Assembly (NCBI GenBank): GCA_951406725.2
Contig: OX597819.1
Coordinates: forward strand, 80,104,001-80,168,000
Direction of reading: 5' to 3'
DNA: 64,000 bases
DNA from: Octopus vulgaris
Lineage: Eukaryota
Positions within the stretch are counted from its first letter, which is position 1; every line of letters starts with the position of its first letter. Below, one piece after another: positions 25,199 through 41,976 of the stretch. The notes under the pieces are model-generated. The model saw nothing but the letters and a program-made list of their open reading frames with translations. It was not told where the DNA came from and ran no database searches. The position numbers and the translations under genes were made by a program.

Positions 25199-27114
25199 GC
25201 ACAACAGCTTCCACAAGGACATGTGTTACATCAAAAATTCTTGGTTGGGGATGCAAGTCCTCTCATTCACGTACGACATAATGCGGCAGCAGCATAGAAT
25301 TGAAGCGTCCATCTCTTTCTTCTCTCAATGTAGAATGAGGAAAATTGGATGTTGAGGTAATGTAAATAAATAAATACATATATAGAGGTGAAGGTGGAGG
25401 GGCGAGAGTTCGGGACGAGGGATAAAAAATGTATAAAAAGTGTAAGTATAGAATAATATAAAAATGTAGAGGATAAAGATATAAAGAGTTGTAAGGAGAT
25501 GTAAAGGGGGTATAAAGAAATATAAAGAAATATAAATAAATGTAAAGGCATAAGGTTATAAAGTAAAAATAGAAATAGAAATAAAAGTAAAAAAACCTGA
25601 TAAAAACATGATAAAAGTGTAAACGAATGTAAAGATAAGGGATGTATAGAGGTTACGGACCAAGCATGGTGGTCAGGAGATTGATAAAATTTAGTTGTAG
25701 AATTGTCAGTAAATCAACAGTTTCGTCTGGGGACCTAATGCGTTGTAAATCAGAGCTGATGAGCATTTAATCTGGTTCCTTGAATTAAATGGACTTCTAG
25801 TACATACATATCATCATGGATACATACACCCACATACACGCGTACATATACGCCTCCAAGCCTATAAGCATACACACGCACTCGCGTGTAAACACGTGCA
25901 TAAGCACACACGCACCCACACGCACGCGCGTACACACACATACATACAACAGAATATCCGCATGTATACACGGACATTATACGCGTACACACTCACATGT
26001 ATATACGCGCGCCCATCACTACATACACACACGTATATGCCCACGCCTCTAGGTCTAGGTATAAGATATTAAAGGATGTGTATAAGAACGTATGTAAAGA
26101 ATCCCGTACTCATGTCTATACGTGCACGCACACACGGCTGTGTGTCCGTATGTGCGTGCACATATACACTCATATACACACACAGAGACACACGCGCACA
26201 CGGGTATAGCTATAAGATATCGAAGTATGCATGTACATATATGCGCGTGCATATGTATGTATGCGTATGCACACGCACGCGGACGCTCGTATAGTCAAAA
26301 AGTGGATCCATAGGTAAGTAAATAAACATATATAGAGGTGTAAAGCGATAAGTTATGGGTAAGAATGAGGGTAAGGGTGAAGATTAGAAATAAAAAATAC
26401 AGTATAAAATAAGAAATACAATGTAATAGTTAGAAATGAAATATAAGAATTATAAAAATTATAAGAGTTAAGGTAAGGGATGAAAATAAAAATGAGAATA
26501 AATGGAAGTAGAATAAAAGTAAAAATAAAATTAAAAATAAAAATAAATAGAAGTAGGATAAAAGTAAAAATAAAAGTAAAAATAAAAATAAAAATAAAAT
26601 AAAATAAGATAAAAATATAATTTGGTAAAGTTTAACATGAGATGAAGGTGGTTGAAAGTTAGAGGTGTGTGTTAAACGTAGGGGCGGGCGGGGGGAACTG
26701 AAAATTGGAAGGGTGGGAAGTGGAGTTTGGCGGTGTGCGTTCAACATCCGAGTTAGAAATGTGAAAGGGTATAGATATAGGGAATTAAAGAGACTACATA
26801 GGGAGGATATGGGTGTAGGAGAAGAAATATTTAGGGAAAAGAAGTCATATATGGGAGACAAAATTTGTATATATAGGAGGAAAATGCAGGGAACCGTATA
26901 TGCACATACACACACCCACACACACACACACACACGCACATGTACATATATATATATATATATATATATGTCCACATACGTACACGTATGTGCACATACA
27001 TACGCACACACACACACATACACATATACACGCACATATAGGAAAGCGGGATGTGCTGGAGCCGACAGGTTGCACCGGGTGGGAGGAAATTGCATGGGGG
27101 AGTTGGTATAAGAC

Positions 27115-27908
27115 CTAAGCATTGTAGTATTTGAAAGTATTAATAAGTTTATGTATACAGGATGGTTTGAACTCTGACCTTTTGTTAATAAGATTGTGTT
27201 TGTCTTTGAATTTCAAGATGTTCAGGAGTTCTACACAACATAGTTGGCATCCTGCTCTATTATTTAAATAAGGTGCAGCCGATCCGATGATGGACCATCT
27301 GAGTTTGAAGCCTATGCATTTGTCTTTTAATTCCCAAATTCTTTTAGAGAGGGAGGTGCTGTTAGCCTTATGTCTGTGTCTCAGCGAGGACCGGTGGTAT
27401 CTGGATTTCCAGGAGGTTGAGCAACCAATATAGGTGAGTGTGTTAAACTGAGTACTCACCTCACATGAGTATATTACGTTTTTCGCCCTACATGCGCCCT
27501 GCAGCGGGCACTCTGATGCACATCTGCAGTTGCATTGCATTATTCGGTCGTGTGCTGCTAATCCCAGGTGGAGGTGTTGCAATACGAGTGGGGGCGTTGG
27601 TATCCTCCTGGTTGTTGATGGGTGCAGTATTTCCTCTGTTGTGTTGGCGGGTGTTATTACTAACTGTTTGGGTAGTATGGCTGCCAGTCTGGTTATATTG
27701 TCTACTGTCTAGATGAGTGGGGTTCTGTTGGTCGCTATGGTTTGCTCTTGATCTAGCTGTTCTAATATTAATATAGTTATGTTTAGCTATGAGGCAGCTC
27801 ATGTTGGGCAGGGTAGAGTAGGAGATCCTAATAGTTTTGTTGGAGAAGATACTTCTATACTTGTGGGTGGGTGGGAAGTTGTTGGAAATTATAGAGAATA
27901 TTCTCTTA
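27115..27908 (-). mobile_element. 5'-truncated PLE: RT-to-endonuclease linker plus GIY-YIG endonuclease, frameshifted
   Basis: IISNNFPPTHKYRSIFSNKTIRISYSTLPNM, then CNCR..CPLQGAC..NVIYSCEV..TYIG..WKSRY..STSLSKRIWELK..CQLC..E..LINKRSE..CIH; the 5' end abuts (TA)n. Confidence 0.9.
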
Positions 27909-28383
27909 CATATATATATATATATATATATGTTCAAATTGTAATCTTAATTACACACCAACACTATTTCTGTTTCTCTCGCTCTTTCGCTCCCCAAACA
28001 TTTAATATAGTTGCTTTATAAACATTGTTCAGTATATATAACATATTTGTAACGAATAACAATTTTTCTAGTAAAGCATTTATTCGGTTCACCTGCAGAA
28101 GCGAGTTAAAACAAAAGAAAAGAAAGAAAAACAAGCTTATATATGTGCAGTGTATGTTGCAATGGCTATTGCACTCATAATGACTAAGTTTTAGAATGTT
28201 TACATTCATGTGTGGTGTGTGTGTCTGTGTATGAGGTATTTGGAAGATGATTGACGGAATATATCTGGTGGAGGTGTGGGTTTTAAGGGCGTTAGCAGTG
28301 GATGATGTGTGATGGCTAGTTACACTTCATTGTTTCTTTGTATATGTATGTATGTATGTATGTATGTTATATATATGTATGTG

Positions 28384-28444
<61 letters not shown>

Positions 28445-28455
28445 TTATGTATGTG

Positions 28456-28494
<39 letters not shown>

Positions 28495-28496
<2 letters not shown>

Positions 28497-28749
28497 CTTT
28501 GTTTTCGTATACATTCTCTTGCTTTCTTCTAGAGTATCTAGTGCTCTTTGCTTAGATTTCCTTGGGCCCGGCCAGATTAGAGCAATCTCGGGATTAAACG
28601 GCCGAAACTGCAGGGACGATCTGCTTCTTGACTGAAGATTGAAAACTCCGAATGATCTGTCCTTGTTTTTTCCTGTCTTTTTTTGTATTACTCCTGCTGT
28701 CCGAATGCTTTGTCGCGTTTTACGTTCTTGTTCCATTTTTTGTCTTTAT

Positions 28750-28752
<3 letters not shown>
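28495..28752 (+). mobile_element. Unclassified ~260-bp insert between microsatellites
   Basis: Structured GC-richer core with T-rich flanks bounded by (TATG)/(TA) tracts; no second copy in the window. Confidence 0.35.
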
Positions 28753-28805
<53 letters not shown>

Positions 28806-29145
28806 AACATATATACATATGTATATACATATATACATATATCATATATATATATACACATATATATTAATCATTATATATTAATCATATGACTGAAACA
28901 GATAGCAGAATAACAGAATATATATGTGTATATATATGTATATGGAAAGAGAGAGAGAGAAAGCGGGGGAGAAAGAAAAGATGCGATAGGGAGAATCACA
29001 GTATAGAAACACTTTGTAGCGCTCAAATGATATGAACTTACACTACGATATCTTCACCGAGGACCAAATCAGCAGCATGAAGAATGGTTAAAAGAGAAAT
29101 CCAAGTGACAAATATGGAGATTCTCTTTCTTTCTCTCTCTCCATA

Positions 29146-29176
<31 letters not shown>

Positions 29177-29357
29177 ACATATATATACGCATATATATAT
29201 ATATATATATATATAAATACATATAAATATAAGTATAACAATATCTGTTTCAACACACAATTTCACACTAGGTATTTTGAAAAACAAATACATACATGTT
29301 TATCTGCCATTTGTACTCTGTGTAAGTTGGACCTTTTCATATATATATATATGTATA

Positions 29358-29416
<59 letters not shown>

Positions 29417-29489
29417 AATAATATATAAATATATACATACATGTATGTACATACCTACATATATATGTATATATACATGCACATATAGG

Positions 29490-30120
29490 TACAGGACATA
29501 AAAAACAAACGTTGAACACAATGAGAAACGAAAATAAGAACAAATTAGAAACGAATTTTTTTGCAAACAACGAAACAAACAGAAACGAGACCTACAACGC
29601 AAGAACATTCCCCTTCTTCAGTTGTCCCTGTTTCATCTACTCCGCGTTCCGAAGGTAAGTACTAGACGCGACTTCGTTGAAACTGTCCTTCCGGCAAAGC
29701 AAATTAAATAAAATTTGGTTTTTTTGCAGTGGGTGAAAGTGGTAACAAGAACAACATAGTAAGAACAAAAACAATAAACACAATAAAAAACTAAAAGCAG
29801 TAAAAGCAGTAAAAGACAGAACAATGAGAACCAAACAGTAAAAACAAATGATGAAGGTTGTTAAGTCAAGACGATGGAAAACTTATTTTGAAAGCTTAAG
29901 GAGACAGCTTATGAAGAGACAGGATAAGCCAGTATGGTCTTTGTGAAGATAGTAGTCGGAAAGATGGCTTCCCTTTGATCACGTGTCAGCGATGAGAGAG
30001 TCGAGGAGAAGGAGTAAGAGAGAAGGAACGGTGAAGGGGAGAGGAGAAGAATAGGGAAAGGTGGGAGAGAGAGAGCCAGAAAGGATGAAGAACAAGAGAG
30101 GGAGAAAGATAGACAGAGAA
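29490..30120 (-). mobile_element. Unclassified insert between (TA)n tracts, resembling a retroelement terminus
   Basis: Same layout as 28495-28752 on the opposite strand (T-rich tail, GGAAC..CUGAAGA core); bounded by TA tracts. Confidence 0.35.
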
Positions 30121-30180
<60 letters not shown>

Positions 30181-30224
30181 ATATGTATATGTATATATGT
30201 ATGTATATGTATATGTATATGTAT

Positions 30225-30257
<33 letters not shown>

Positions 30258-30473
30258 GTATTTGGTGTGTATTTAATATACTTTATGTAATAATGTGCCT
30301 AAATCGCTTATCCTCACATTTACTTCTATACCCGTCCAACCTGATCCCTCTTATGGTTTTCTTTAGCTTGTGGAATATCCCCTGTAAAAATATCGGAGTC
30401 CAAGTTTGAATCTTTTGAGCAGTTCTAAGTGTCTTCTATGCAGAGAATATCTGGATCTCATCTGTGAACTATG

Positions 30474-30553
<80 letters not shown>

Positions 30554-31419
30554 GTTGTTGTTGGCATCCATTTGTTTCGGGAGACAATGGAGATGCACAA
30601 AAACTAATCCAGTCTGGTTATTACATTTCGTGTCCTCTCCAGTTTTCTGTCCAGTTTTGTGCAGGCCTGGGCTAGATGTAAAAAAAATCGTGGGTAGCCC
30701 GATCGTACCTCGTTCAATAAACTCGGTTTTGCTTGATTCGATTATACAGCATGTCATTAATTGCCTGTAGGTGGTTGCCTATACGCTATAGCAGCCCTGT
30801 CTATAGCCTATACGCTAAAGCAGTCCAGATATGTGCCCCAGATATCGCGTAGTATGAGTGAATCAAGAACCACATGACGACAAAGCGATCTTCTTAACCA
30901 CATAGCCATGCCTTGGACATTAAATATATAAATAAGTAAATACAGATATAAATGAATAAACACACGGTAACAATAGTTGAAACATCTTTGGTGATCAAAA
31001 AGATCAATCAGATTTCACCAAGGGTTAAAACAACAAGAGAACTTTCACTAACACAGCGTCAATTAGAATCACTACCAGCGTTATGAGCACAACCATCACC
31101 GATCACCACAAAAAAAAAAGAAAAAATGAAAGAGAAAAGAAACATATTTTAAGCATTAAATATAAAAAAGACAGCACCAGAAGCATCACGACCGCAAAGT
31201 AAAAATAAAAACAATATGAGTACCATCAACCACAGCACCACCAGCAGACTAGCAAATTTACAGAATGCACCATACCGCTGCATTCTTCAACGTAACTCCG
31301 CTATTTTCCTTCAACTTAATACACGTTGCAATTTATTTTGATTAAAAGTAGAGAATGAGTTTATTTCCATAATTAAGTTTACTCATGCAATATATCAACT
31401 TAAACAATAACAAAACACA

Positions 31420-34760
<3,341 letters not shown>

Positions 34761-35399
34761 ACAAATTGATAAGAAAGCGATAGGAATAGAGAGAGATAAA
34801 GAGGAAGAAAGAGAGTAATGAAGAAAGAGTGAGTAAGAAGGAGAGGAACAGTGAGAGAATGTGTATGAGAGATGTGGATTGGTGGGGTGTAAATAGATAT
34901 ACATCCGTGTCTGTACATATGTTTAAGTTGTCATAATTAAAAAATACAAATATATAGATTTAGAACTCAAAATATATATTAATAAATGTGTCTGTTCGTG
35001 TTCCATTGATTATGAGTGTAAGCCTTAATGTGTTTGTGTGTGTGTATATGTGTGTGTGTGTACAATTGTGTGTACAGGTGTGTTAGTATTTATATATGCA
35101 TTCTTATATGCGTGTAAAGAGAGGTAACAATCGTCATTAATACATATGCTCCCCCCACCGCGTAGTAAAGCAACCCCGCCCTTGCCATTTCGCCGCCACC
35201 ACCACATGAATACCGATACTACCATCTCCATCCCCATCCCCGTCCTCTCCACCACTACCACCATCACCACCACCGTTACCAAGACATGTTCATTAGAGAA
35301 ATAATTACAATTATGTTAAATGCAATGTCAAGTTTTTAACTTCAAACCTGACATCAACTCAGTTTCATCTCACACGACTCACGGATGAATGGACAGCGG

Positions 35400-36110
35400 A
35401 TGTGTTGTTGATTATGTTGTTGTTGTTGTAGCGATGATGGCGGTGGAGGCGCACGTACAAGTAGTAGTAGTGGTAGTGGTGGTGGTGGTGGTGGTGGTGT
35501 TATATTTGTTGTAGTGCTAGGAATGGCGGTTGTTATTGTTAGCGTTGCGGTGATAGGGACAGTGGTGGCGGATGCCGGTGCAATGATGGTAGCGTCGGGA
35601 GCAGTGATGTTTGGTGGTTGTGGTGATGGTTGTGTGGTGGTTGTGGTTGCTGTAGATATAGATGCAGTGCTCGTGATGATGTAAACTTTAATTAAATCGA
35701 AGCGATGGTAGCTGCTTGTAGTTACTGCTGTGCCGGCGGCTGCGACAGTGGTCGCGGTAGTGTTGGTGTTAGTGGTGGTTTTGGTGGTGGTATTGGTGGG
35801 TGGTCGTTGGCGGCGTTCGTCGACTGGGATGGTGGCTGTAGGAGAGTGTTGTATTATTTGTGAAGATGGTGCAACATGTGGTTCTAGTTCTGCTTCTGGT
35901 AGTGCTGTCGCAGGGCGCTGTGAAGATAGTCGTAACTGTAGTAATAAGATTAGTAGCTGATTAACTGTTGTTGATAGTTATGGTCTAATTTGTTGCTGTT
36001 GCTGTCGTTGTTGTTGCTATTGTTAATCGCGAGATTAGCAATAGCAACCGTTGATGGATGATTGTACCGTTGATGATTGATTGAGATCGTGTTGATTGTG
36101 ATAATAACTG
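35400..36110. repeat. Degenerate (GGT/GTT)n low-complexity tract
   Basis: Direct reading. Confidence 0.85.
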
Positions 36111-36651
36111 CTGTCTTAAGAGTTGATTTTTGCTCCCTATATCATTGGCTTATTTAGGAGAGGAAAAGCAACTCCCAAAGGCACTTTCATGGTCTACTTA
36201 ACAGATGAGAAGCATGATGCAAGTTATCATCAGGTCGGTAACCAAGTCGGAAAACTTGCACTTCTAAGCACTCTGCTCATATTATTGCAAGCATTCGCAA
36301 AAGAACATCACAAAAACAGTTTATTTACGTCAGGTACGAAGTTGGCCGAACGACCAAGTATACCAATAGTACTTGTCTTCAACATATATGTTCACATAGC
36401 TGGTATCCGTACAATATAACCTTTGAATAACTAGTTAACAGCATGGCTGGGGGTGAAAATGTCTGTAAATCTCTCTCCACTGTACCGCCTATTTTTGTAG
36501 GCTTGTTAGTTCCTGGAGGAGTCAGGTGGAGTTGGGTGAAGTAGACTTGGTGTAGACTTTTTTTTGCTTATATTTGTAGATGAAAATCAATACAGTGTTT
36601 GGGTTTAGTGGTGTTATTGACGCAGTGCATATACGTTATTTATAATATTTA

Positions 36652-36825
36652 AAGGGGCAAGCTGATAGAATAAGTTAGCACGACGGACAAAATGCTTACC
36701 GGTATTTCGTCCGTCTTCCATTCTGAGCTCTAATTCCCCCGAGGTCGACTTTGACTTTTATCTTTTCGGGAGTGATATAAGAATCAGTTGAACACTGGAG
36801 TCGATGTGCCAAAATTTGAAATCGA
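36652..36825 (+). mobile_element. SINE-B, internally deleted
   Basis: GTTAGCACG..AATGCTTACCGGTATTTCGTCCG..GAGGTCGACTTTG. Confidence 0.75.
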
Positions 36826-37393
36826 TATTTAAATAGGTTTAGACAACATTCTTAGGGTGGTACAATGATGTACAAGGGAGTTGTAGACATGTTTAGGTTG
36901 GACTGTTTATGCTTAATCTAAAACAGAGAGCAGTACCCAATTTATCAAGTTCTCCAGGACTGGCAAATAGAGGCAAAAAAAACTTAACTTTAGACTGGAT
37001 ACTTGACCGCAATGCTTGCAAATATGTTAACTCCGTTAAAGGTACTTAAAGACCAGATAGTGTAGTTGGACTAGGTCCCGGATTAAGGCTACCAGCTAAG
37101 AATTTGAAACATAGCCATTCTACATCAGTAGGATAGTACTTTTTGAAATTTACCCCGAAAGAATGAAAGATAGAGTTGATCTCGGCACTATTTAGAGTTA
37201 GAATGCGCAGAGTCTGATCAAATATCGAAAAGGAATCTTGTTCTACGGCCAATTTACCGAGGATGATCGCACCAGGGACTGTGTGACAGGGATTGTACGA
37301 TAAGAACTGCGTACTTTAAGGTTTCAGTGCCAAAACAAACTACATTCTCAGCATGCCCACAGTGTGTTTCACTTCTGTTATTTTCCTATCCTT

Positions 37394-37510
37394 AAGGTGG
37401 CGCGCTGGCAGAATCGTTAGCACGCTGGACGAAATGCTTAGCGGTATTTCGCCAGTCGCCAAGTTCTGAGTTCAAATTCCGGCGAGGTCGACTTTGCCTT
37501 TCATTCCTTT
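37394..37510 (+). mobile_element. SINE-B 5' half, truncated at the hammerhead-bearing segment
   Basis: Canonical SINE-B head ending at GCCTTTCATTCCTTT. Confidence 0.85.
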
Positions 37511-37555
37511 CTCTGATGAAGGGATAGCCATAACATCCCAGAAACAGCTGTAAGA
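37510..37555 (+). ncRNA. Minimal type-I hammerhead ribozyme motif
   Basis: UCU CUGAUGA A GGGAU-(9 nt)-AUCCC A GAAA CAGCUG UA AGA; palindromic stem III ACAGCUGU; about 60 nt upstream of (TA)n. Confidence 0.75.
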
Positions 37556-37615
37556 CTATTTCATTATAAATGTCCTGAAAACTCTCAGCCTTGGATTTGT
37601 TATCTCATTCGGTCT

Positions 37616-37710
<95 letters not shown>

Positions 37711-38126
37711 ATATGTATGTATACCTCGCTTTTGTATTTGGTTTGCAAAATTCTTGAAGTGGATTCCTGCGTTGGTTGAAGCAAATCTTGTATCTTGGAA
37801 GGCTCACTATACCGATAGTAATAAACAAACACAATGACTCAATATCAGATATTTATTGTTAGTGAATTAGTTTATTATTTAACCAGCAAACTAATCGATT
37901 GATTCCTTCATGTGTTGGTCAAACAATCAATCGCTTCTTTGTCAAAGACTTTTCATCGCTATTCGCGACCTCATTAACGACATGCCCTCACTCTTTGAGG
38001 TCTGCTTTGAGTCTCTTTCAGACGGTTAAAACATAACTTATCAGATATATGGAGCAACGTTAGTTGTGATGTTGTGCTCGTGTTCTACCCCCATGAGGCA
38101 GCGGTAGGGTATAGAAAAGTATAGAA

Positions 38127-38359
38127 AAGGCGGCGAGCTGGCAGAATCGTTAGCACGCCGGGCAAAATACATAGCCCTATTTCGTCTGCCGTCACGTTCT
38201 GAGTTCAAATTCCGTCGAGGTTGACTTTGCCTTTCATCCTTTCGGGGTCGATAAATTAAGTACCAGTTACGCACTGGGGTCGATGTAATCGACTTAATCC
38301 GTTTGTCTGTCCTTGTTTGTCCCCTCTGTGTTTAGCCCCTTGTGGGTAGTAAAGAAATA
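38127..38359 (+). mobile_element. Solo full-length SINE-B (tail2) with 15-bp TSD
   Basis: TSD GGTAGGGTATAGAAA at 38103-38117 and 38360-38374; this defines the 3' end as ...GTAAAGAAATA. Confidence 0.9.
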
Positions 38360-39040
38360 GGTAGGGTATAGAAAGTAAATATATAAGTCTTGTTTATTTG
38401 TAATTCATGTATTGATTAATATCATGTTGAGCACTAGCCTTCTGGTTCTGATAAGAGTCCTGGCGGAGGATATTAGGAAATTCGCATATCTTCGCTATCG
38501 GAGCTTAACAACTAATACTGTGCATTATATATCCAATAATAGTGAGGTCCAGCAACTATTATTGATAGTACAATTGCAAAGTAGAATGCACGCGCGCGCA
38601 CACATATTCACACACACTCATACACACACACACGCACATACACACACACATATACGTATATATAGAACACCTAAAATGCTTTCTGCTTTGACTGTTTGGC
38701 CCTGGGTTGATTTACACAGCCAAGTAACCGTACTCTGTTGGCCCTTTAATTGTTTTACAGAGAAGAATTAACGCCAAGGTTTATTTCAGTATTTTGGCTC
38801 ATCATGTGCAGCCTATGATTCAAACATTTTACCCTGATGGTAGCGCAGTCTTCTAGAAAAATAGAGCACCTATTCACATGGCTAATGTTATTCACATTTC
38901 TGTAAAACATTTGAGAGCATAGGTTCTCGTAAACATTAAAAATATATACAAAGTAATGAACATAAACATGAAAAATTCAAATCAGGAGGGACAAGTTTAA
39001 AGAAAGCTGTTATTAGTATAAGAAAGAGGATAAGAAAGAG

Positions 39041-39080
39041 CTTTTAACGTTTCGGACGCTCCGCTTTTATCAGAAAAAGA
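39041..39080 (-). ncRNA. Degenerate hammerhead motif (G8 to A)
   Basis: Minus strand: UUUUU CUGAUAA AAGCGGAGCGUCC GAAA CG UU AAAAG; stem II is weak. Confidence 0.4.
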
Positions 39081-39811
39081 AAACAGAAACAAGGAAATAA
39101 ATAGGAAAGGTGGCGAAGAAAAACAAAGGAAGACTTATGGACCAGATAGAAATTCGGTTCTATGGTGATGAGTTTGGAAGAGTGGAAGATGCAGGTGGGA
39201 TATGCTTGTATAGGAAGGTAACCATGTATGGAGTTCAACACAGGGAGCTGTATGTGAGGTGTGTAATGTGGATGGTTTCTGAGGTGCGTCAAATTATGCA
39301 AGTGTGGGAGGGAATTAATGTTGTAGAATAGATTGTGTGTTGGAGTAAGGTGAGTTGGTATGAATTTAATGTAGACGAGAGGAAGGCGTGGGGACTTGAA
39401 CACGTAGGTAGGTTCGCAATTGAATGAAACAATACATTTGGTGAGAAATATATAAAAGTCTAATAAAGAAGTACAAAACCCAGAGGAAAATGTGTAAACA
39501 GTGAGAAAAATATATAAATAAAACTGGTGACAAGTCAAGAAGAACAAAATCAAGTTAATTGGCATTGTCCTCGTCGTCGATGTCGTCTTTTGTCATTTCC
39601 ATTCTCCAACTTTTCCTTTCTCATTTTTACTTGGTGATAGCATTTTTGTTGTTGTCGACGTCCTCTCCATCGTCCTTTAGTTTTTGCACTTCTGTTGTAT
39701 TTTGGCTCCAAATTAATCCTCATCTGGAAACTTTATAAACATACAGATTCTAGGCGTGCCGAACAAACACCACAGCTTCGTTTATTACCTTTGAATCGTT
39801 GTTACATATTG

Positions 39812-40025
39812 GTTGCTAATTTTTGCACAAGACCAGCAGTTCCAGGGGATGGTGTAGGTTGATTACATCGGCCCTCAGTACTCAACTGGTACTTATTTTG
39901 TCGACCTCGAAGAGAAGTAATGCAAAGACGATCTCGGCGGAATTCGAACTCAAAACGTAATGACTGTCGAAACGCTGCTAAGCATTTTGCTCCTCTTTAT
40001 GGTAACGATTCTGCCAGCTCGCAAT
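39812..40025 (-). mobile_element. Diverged SINE-B
   Basis: CAACTGGTACTTATTTTGTCGACC..CGGCGGAATTCGAACTC..AACGATTCTGCCAGCTCGC. Confidence 0.8.
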
Positions 40026-40283
40026 CTTGTTATTGCTATATATCAACTAAGTTGCTGCAGTTTATAATTAACTTTCTCCTGGAACTGGTTATTATTTAAA
40101 ATCTTGGTTGTTAATTTTTCTGAACACCATTTTCGAATGCCACGTGATCAAAATCATTCCTACTATGATCAACATGTCTTTTATTCGAACATTGTATTAT
40201 GAAGATCATTGACCCAATGATAAATTTAGATATTTTGAAGACAGTAGGGGTATGTGCTAAGGAAAAAGCAATTCTGTAATTAG

Positions 40284-40422
40284 GGAAAGGTGGCGAAGAA
40301 AAACAAAGGAAGACTTATGGACCAGATAAAAATTCGGTTCTATGGTGATGAGTTTGAAAGAGTGGAAGATGCAGGTGGGATATGCTTGTATAGGAAGGTA
40401 ACCATGTATGGAGTTCAACACA
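40284..40422 (+). repeat. 139-bp direct duplicate of 39104-39242
   Basis: Identical apart from 2 substitutions. Confidence 0.95.
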
Positions 40423-40846
40423 TACGAACTAATCCGAGAAATCACTCGTCACAAGTGTTCCAGTCGTGACTTTCATACTTAATTAATATTTTTTCAAGAC
40501 ATTTATATAATTAATATTGAAAATAAATATGAAATTCGTTATTACTTCGGATACAAAAATGAAGATAATGGTGTGAATTTATATATATATATATATCAAA
40601 GAACACTCGTATACACACACACACATACAAGCATATATACATATTTGTATGTGCGTTTTTGTATACTCATACACATGCATATTTGTATATACATATGTGT
40701 GTATGTGTGTGAGTGTTTAGAGAGAAAAGATTGTAGCGGATCGATCCTGCGATACATACATAAATAATTTTTTATGTATATACGAAGATTGATAGATTGA
40801 TAAAAACATAGGCAAGCGAATAAGTAGATCGGTGCGTGTGCAAATG

Positions 40847-40928
<82 letters not shown>

Positions 40929-41592
40929 TAGATAGCGCTGCTGTAGCAAGAGAAAAAAAAGTATATAGAATGTAAGTCAAATATAAAGATGAAACCCTAT
41001 ACTGATAAATCTATAAAACTTCTTCAATCAAATTATCGAACAGAGCAAAACGGTTTTGTTAAAAAAAAAATGAAAATAAGGAACAAAAAATGGAAAAGTT
41101 AAATATAGACAGACAAGATAAAAACGAAAACAAAAAAACAACCATAGTTTTCCCCCGCAAAATGCTTTAAGATTTATTATTCATCACTAGACACATACAT
41201 ACATATGTATATATGCGTATATATATATACATATTTATATATATTATATACATATATATTATACATACACACACACACACATATGTATATACTAGATAGT
41301 ATATGTATTTTTTCATATGCATAAATATATAGATAGAAAGATATATAGATTATGATCGTACGCTTCTATACGCATGCGCATTCATATATCAAAACGAAGT
41401 TACTAGTTCAACATCTGATACGGATTATTTTTTTAAAATAATGTTTGCCGTTGTCTTTTTATATTTATATCATTTTTTGTGCTCATATACAGTGTTCTTT
41501 TTTTTTAACAGTCTCTCTCTCTCTCCACTCTCTTTGATTCTCTATGTATGAAATAGTAAGTTTGTGTATGTGTGCTTGTATTCATATATGCT

Positions 41593-41664
<72 letters not shown>

Positions 41665-41937
41665 CTTGAGTGTGCGGGATCTTTCTGTGAACTAATCAAC
41701 CAGTTTCGCAACTGACGGCACGAGTATTCCCTCGTGGAGCTGTAAGTATTTTTCGATTTCCTGCACCTCGTGCCGTCAGAGGGCTCCAATGTCGACAACA
41801 CTGGACAGCAAGTCTAGCTAGAGAGAACTGTTAATGCTGGTGTCCATCTTTCATTGAGGTTTCTACTCTTTCCCTCCTTCTCTCCCCCTTCTCTCTCTCT
41901 CCCTCTCTTTCATTGTATCCACCTATGTATGTATCTA

Positions 41938-41976
<39 letters not shown>

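Noticed and set aside
25756-25795. CTGATGAG followed by a CATTTAA/TTAAATG hairpin
   Set aside because: No GAAA or stem III follows.
36123-36419. 98-aa complex-sequence ORF
   Set aside because: No recognisable motif on either strand and no clear splice signals.
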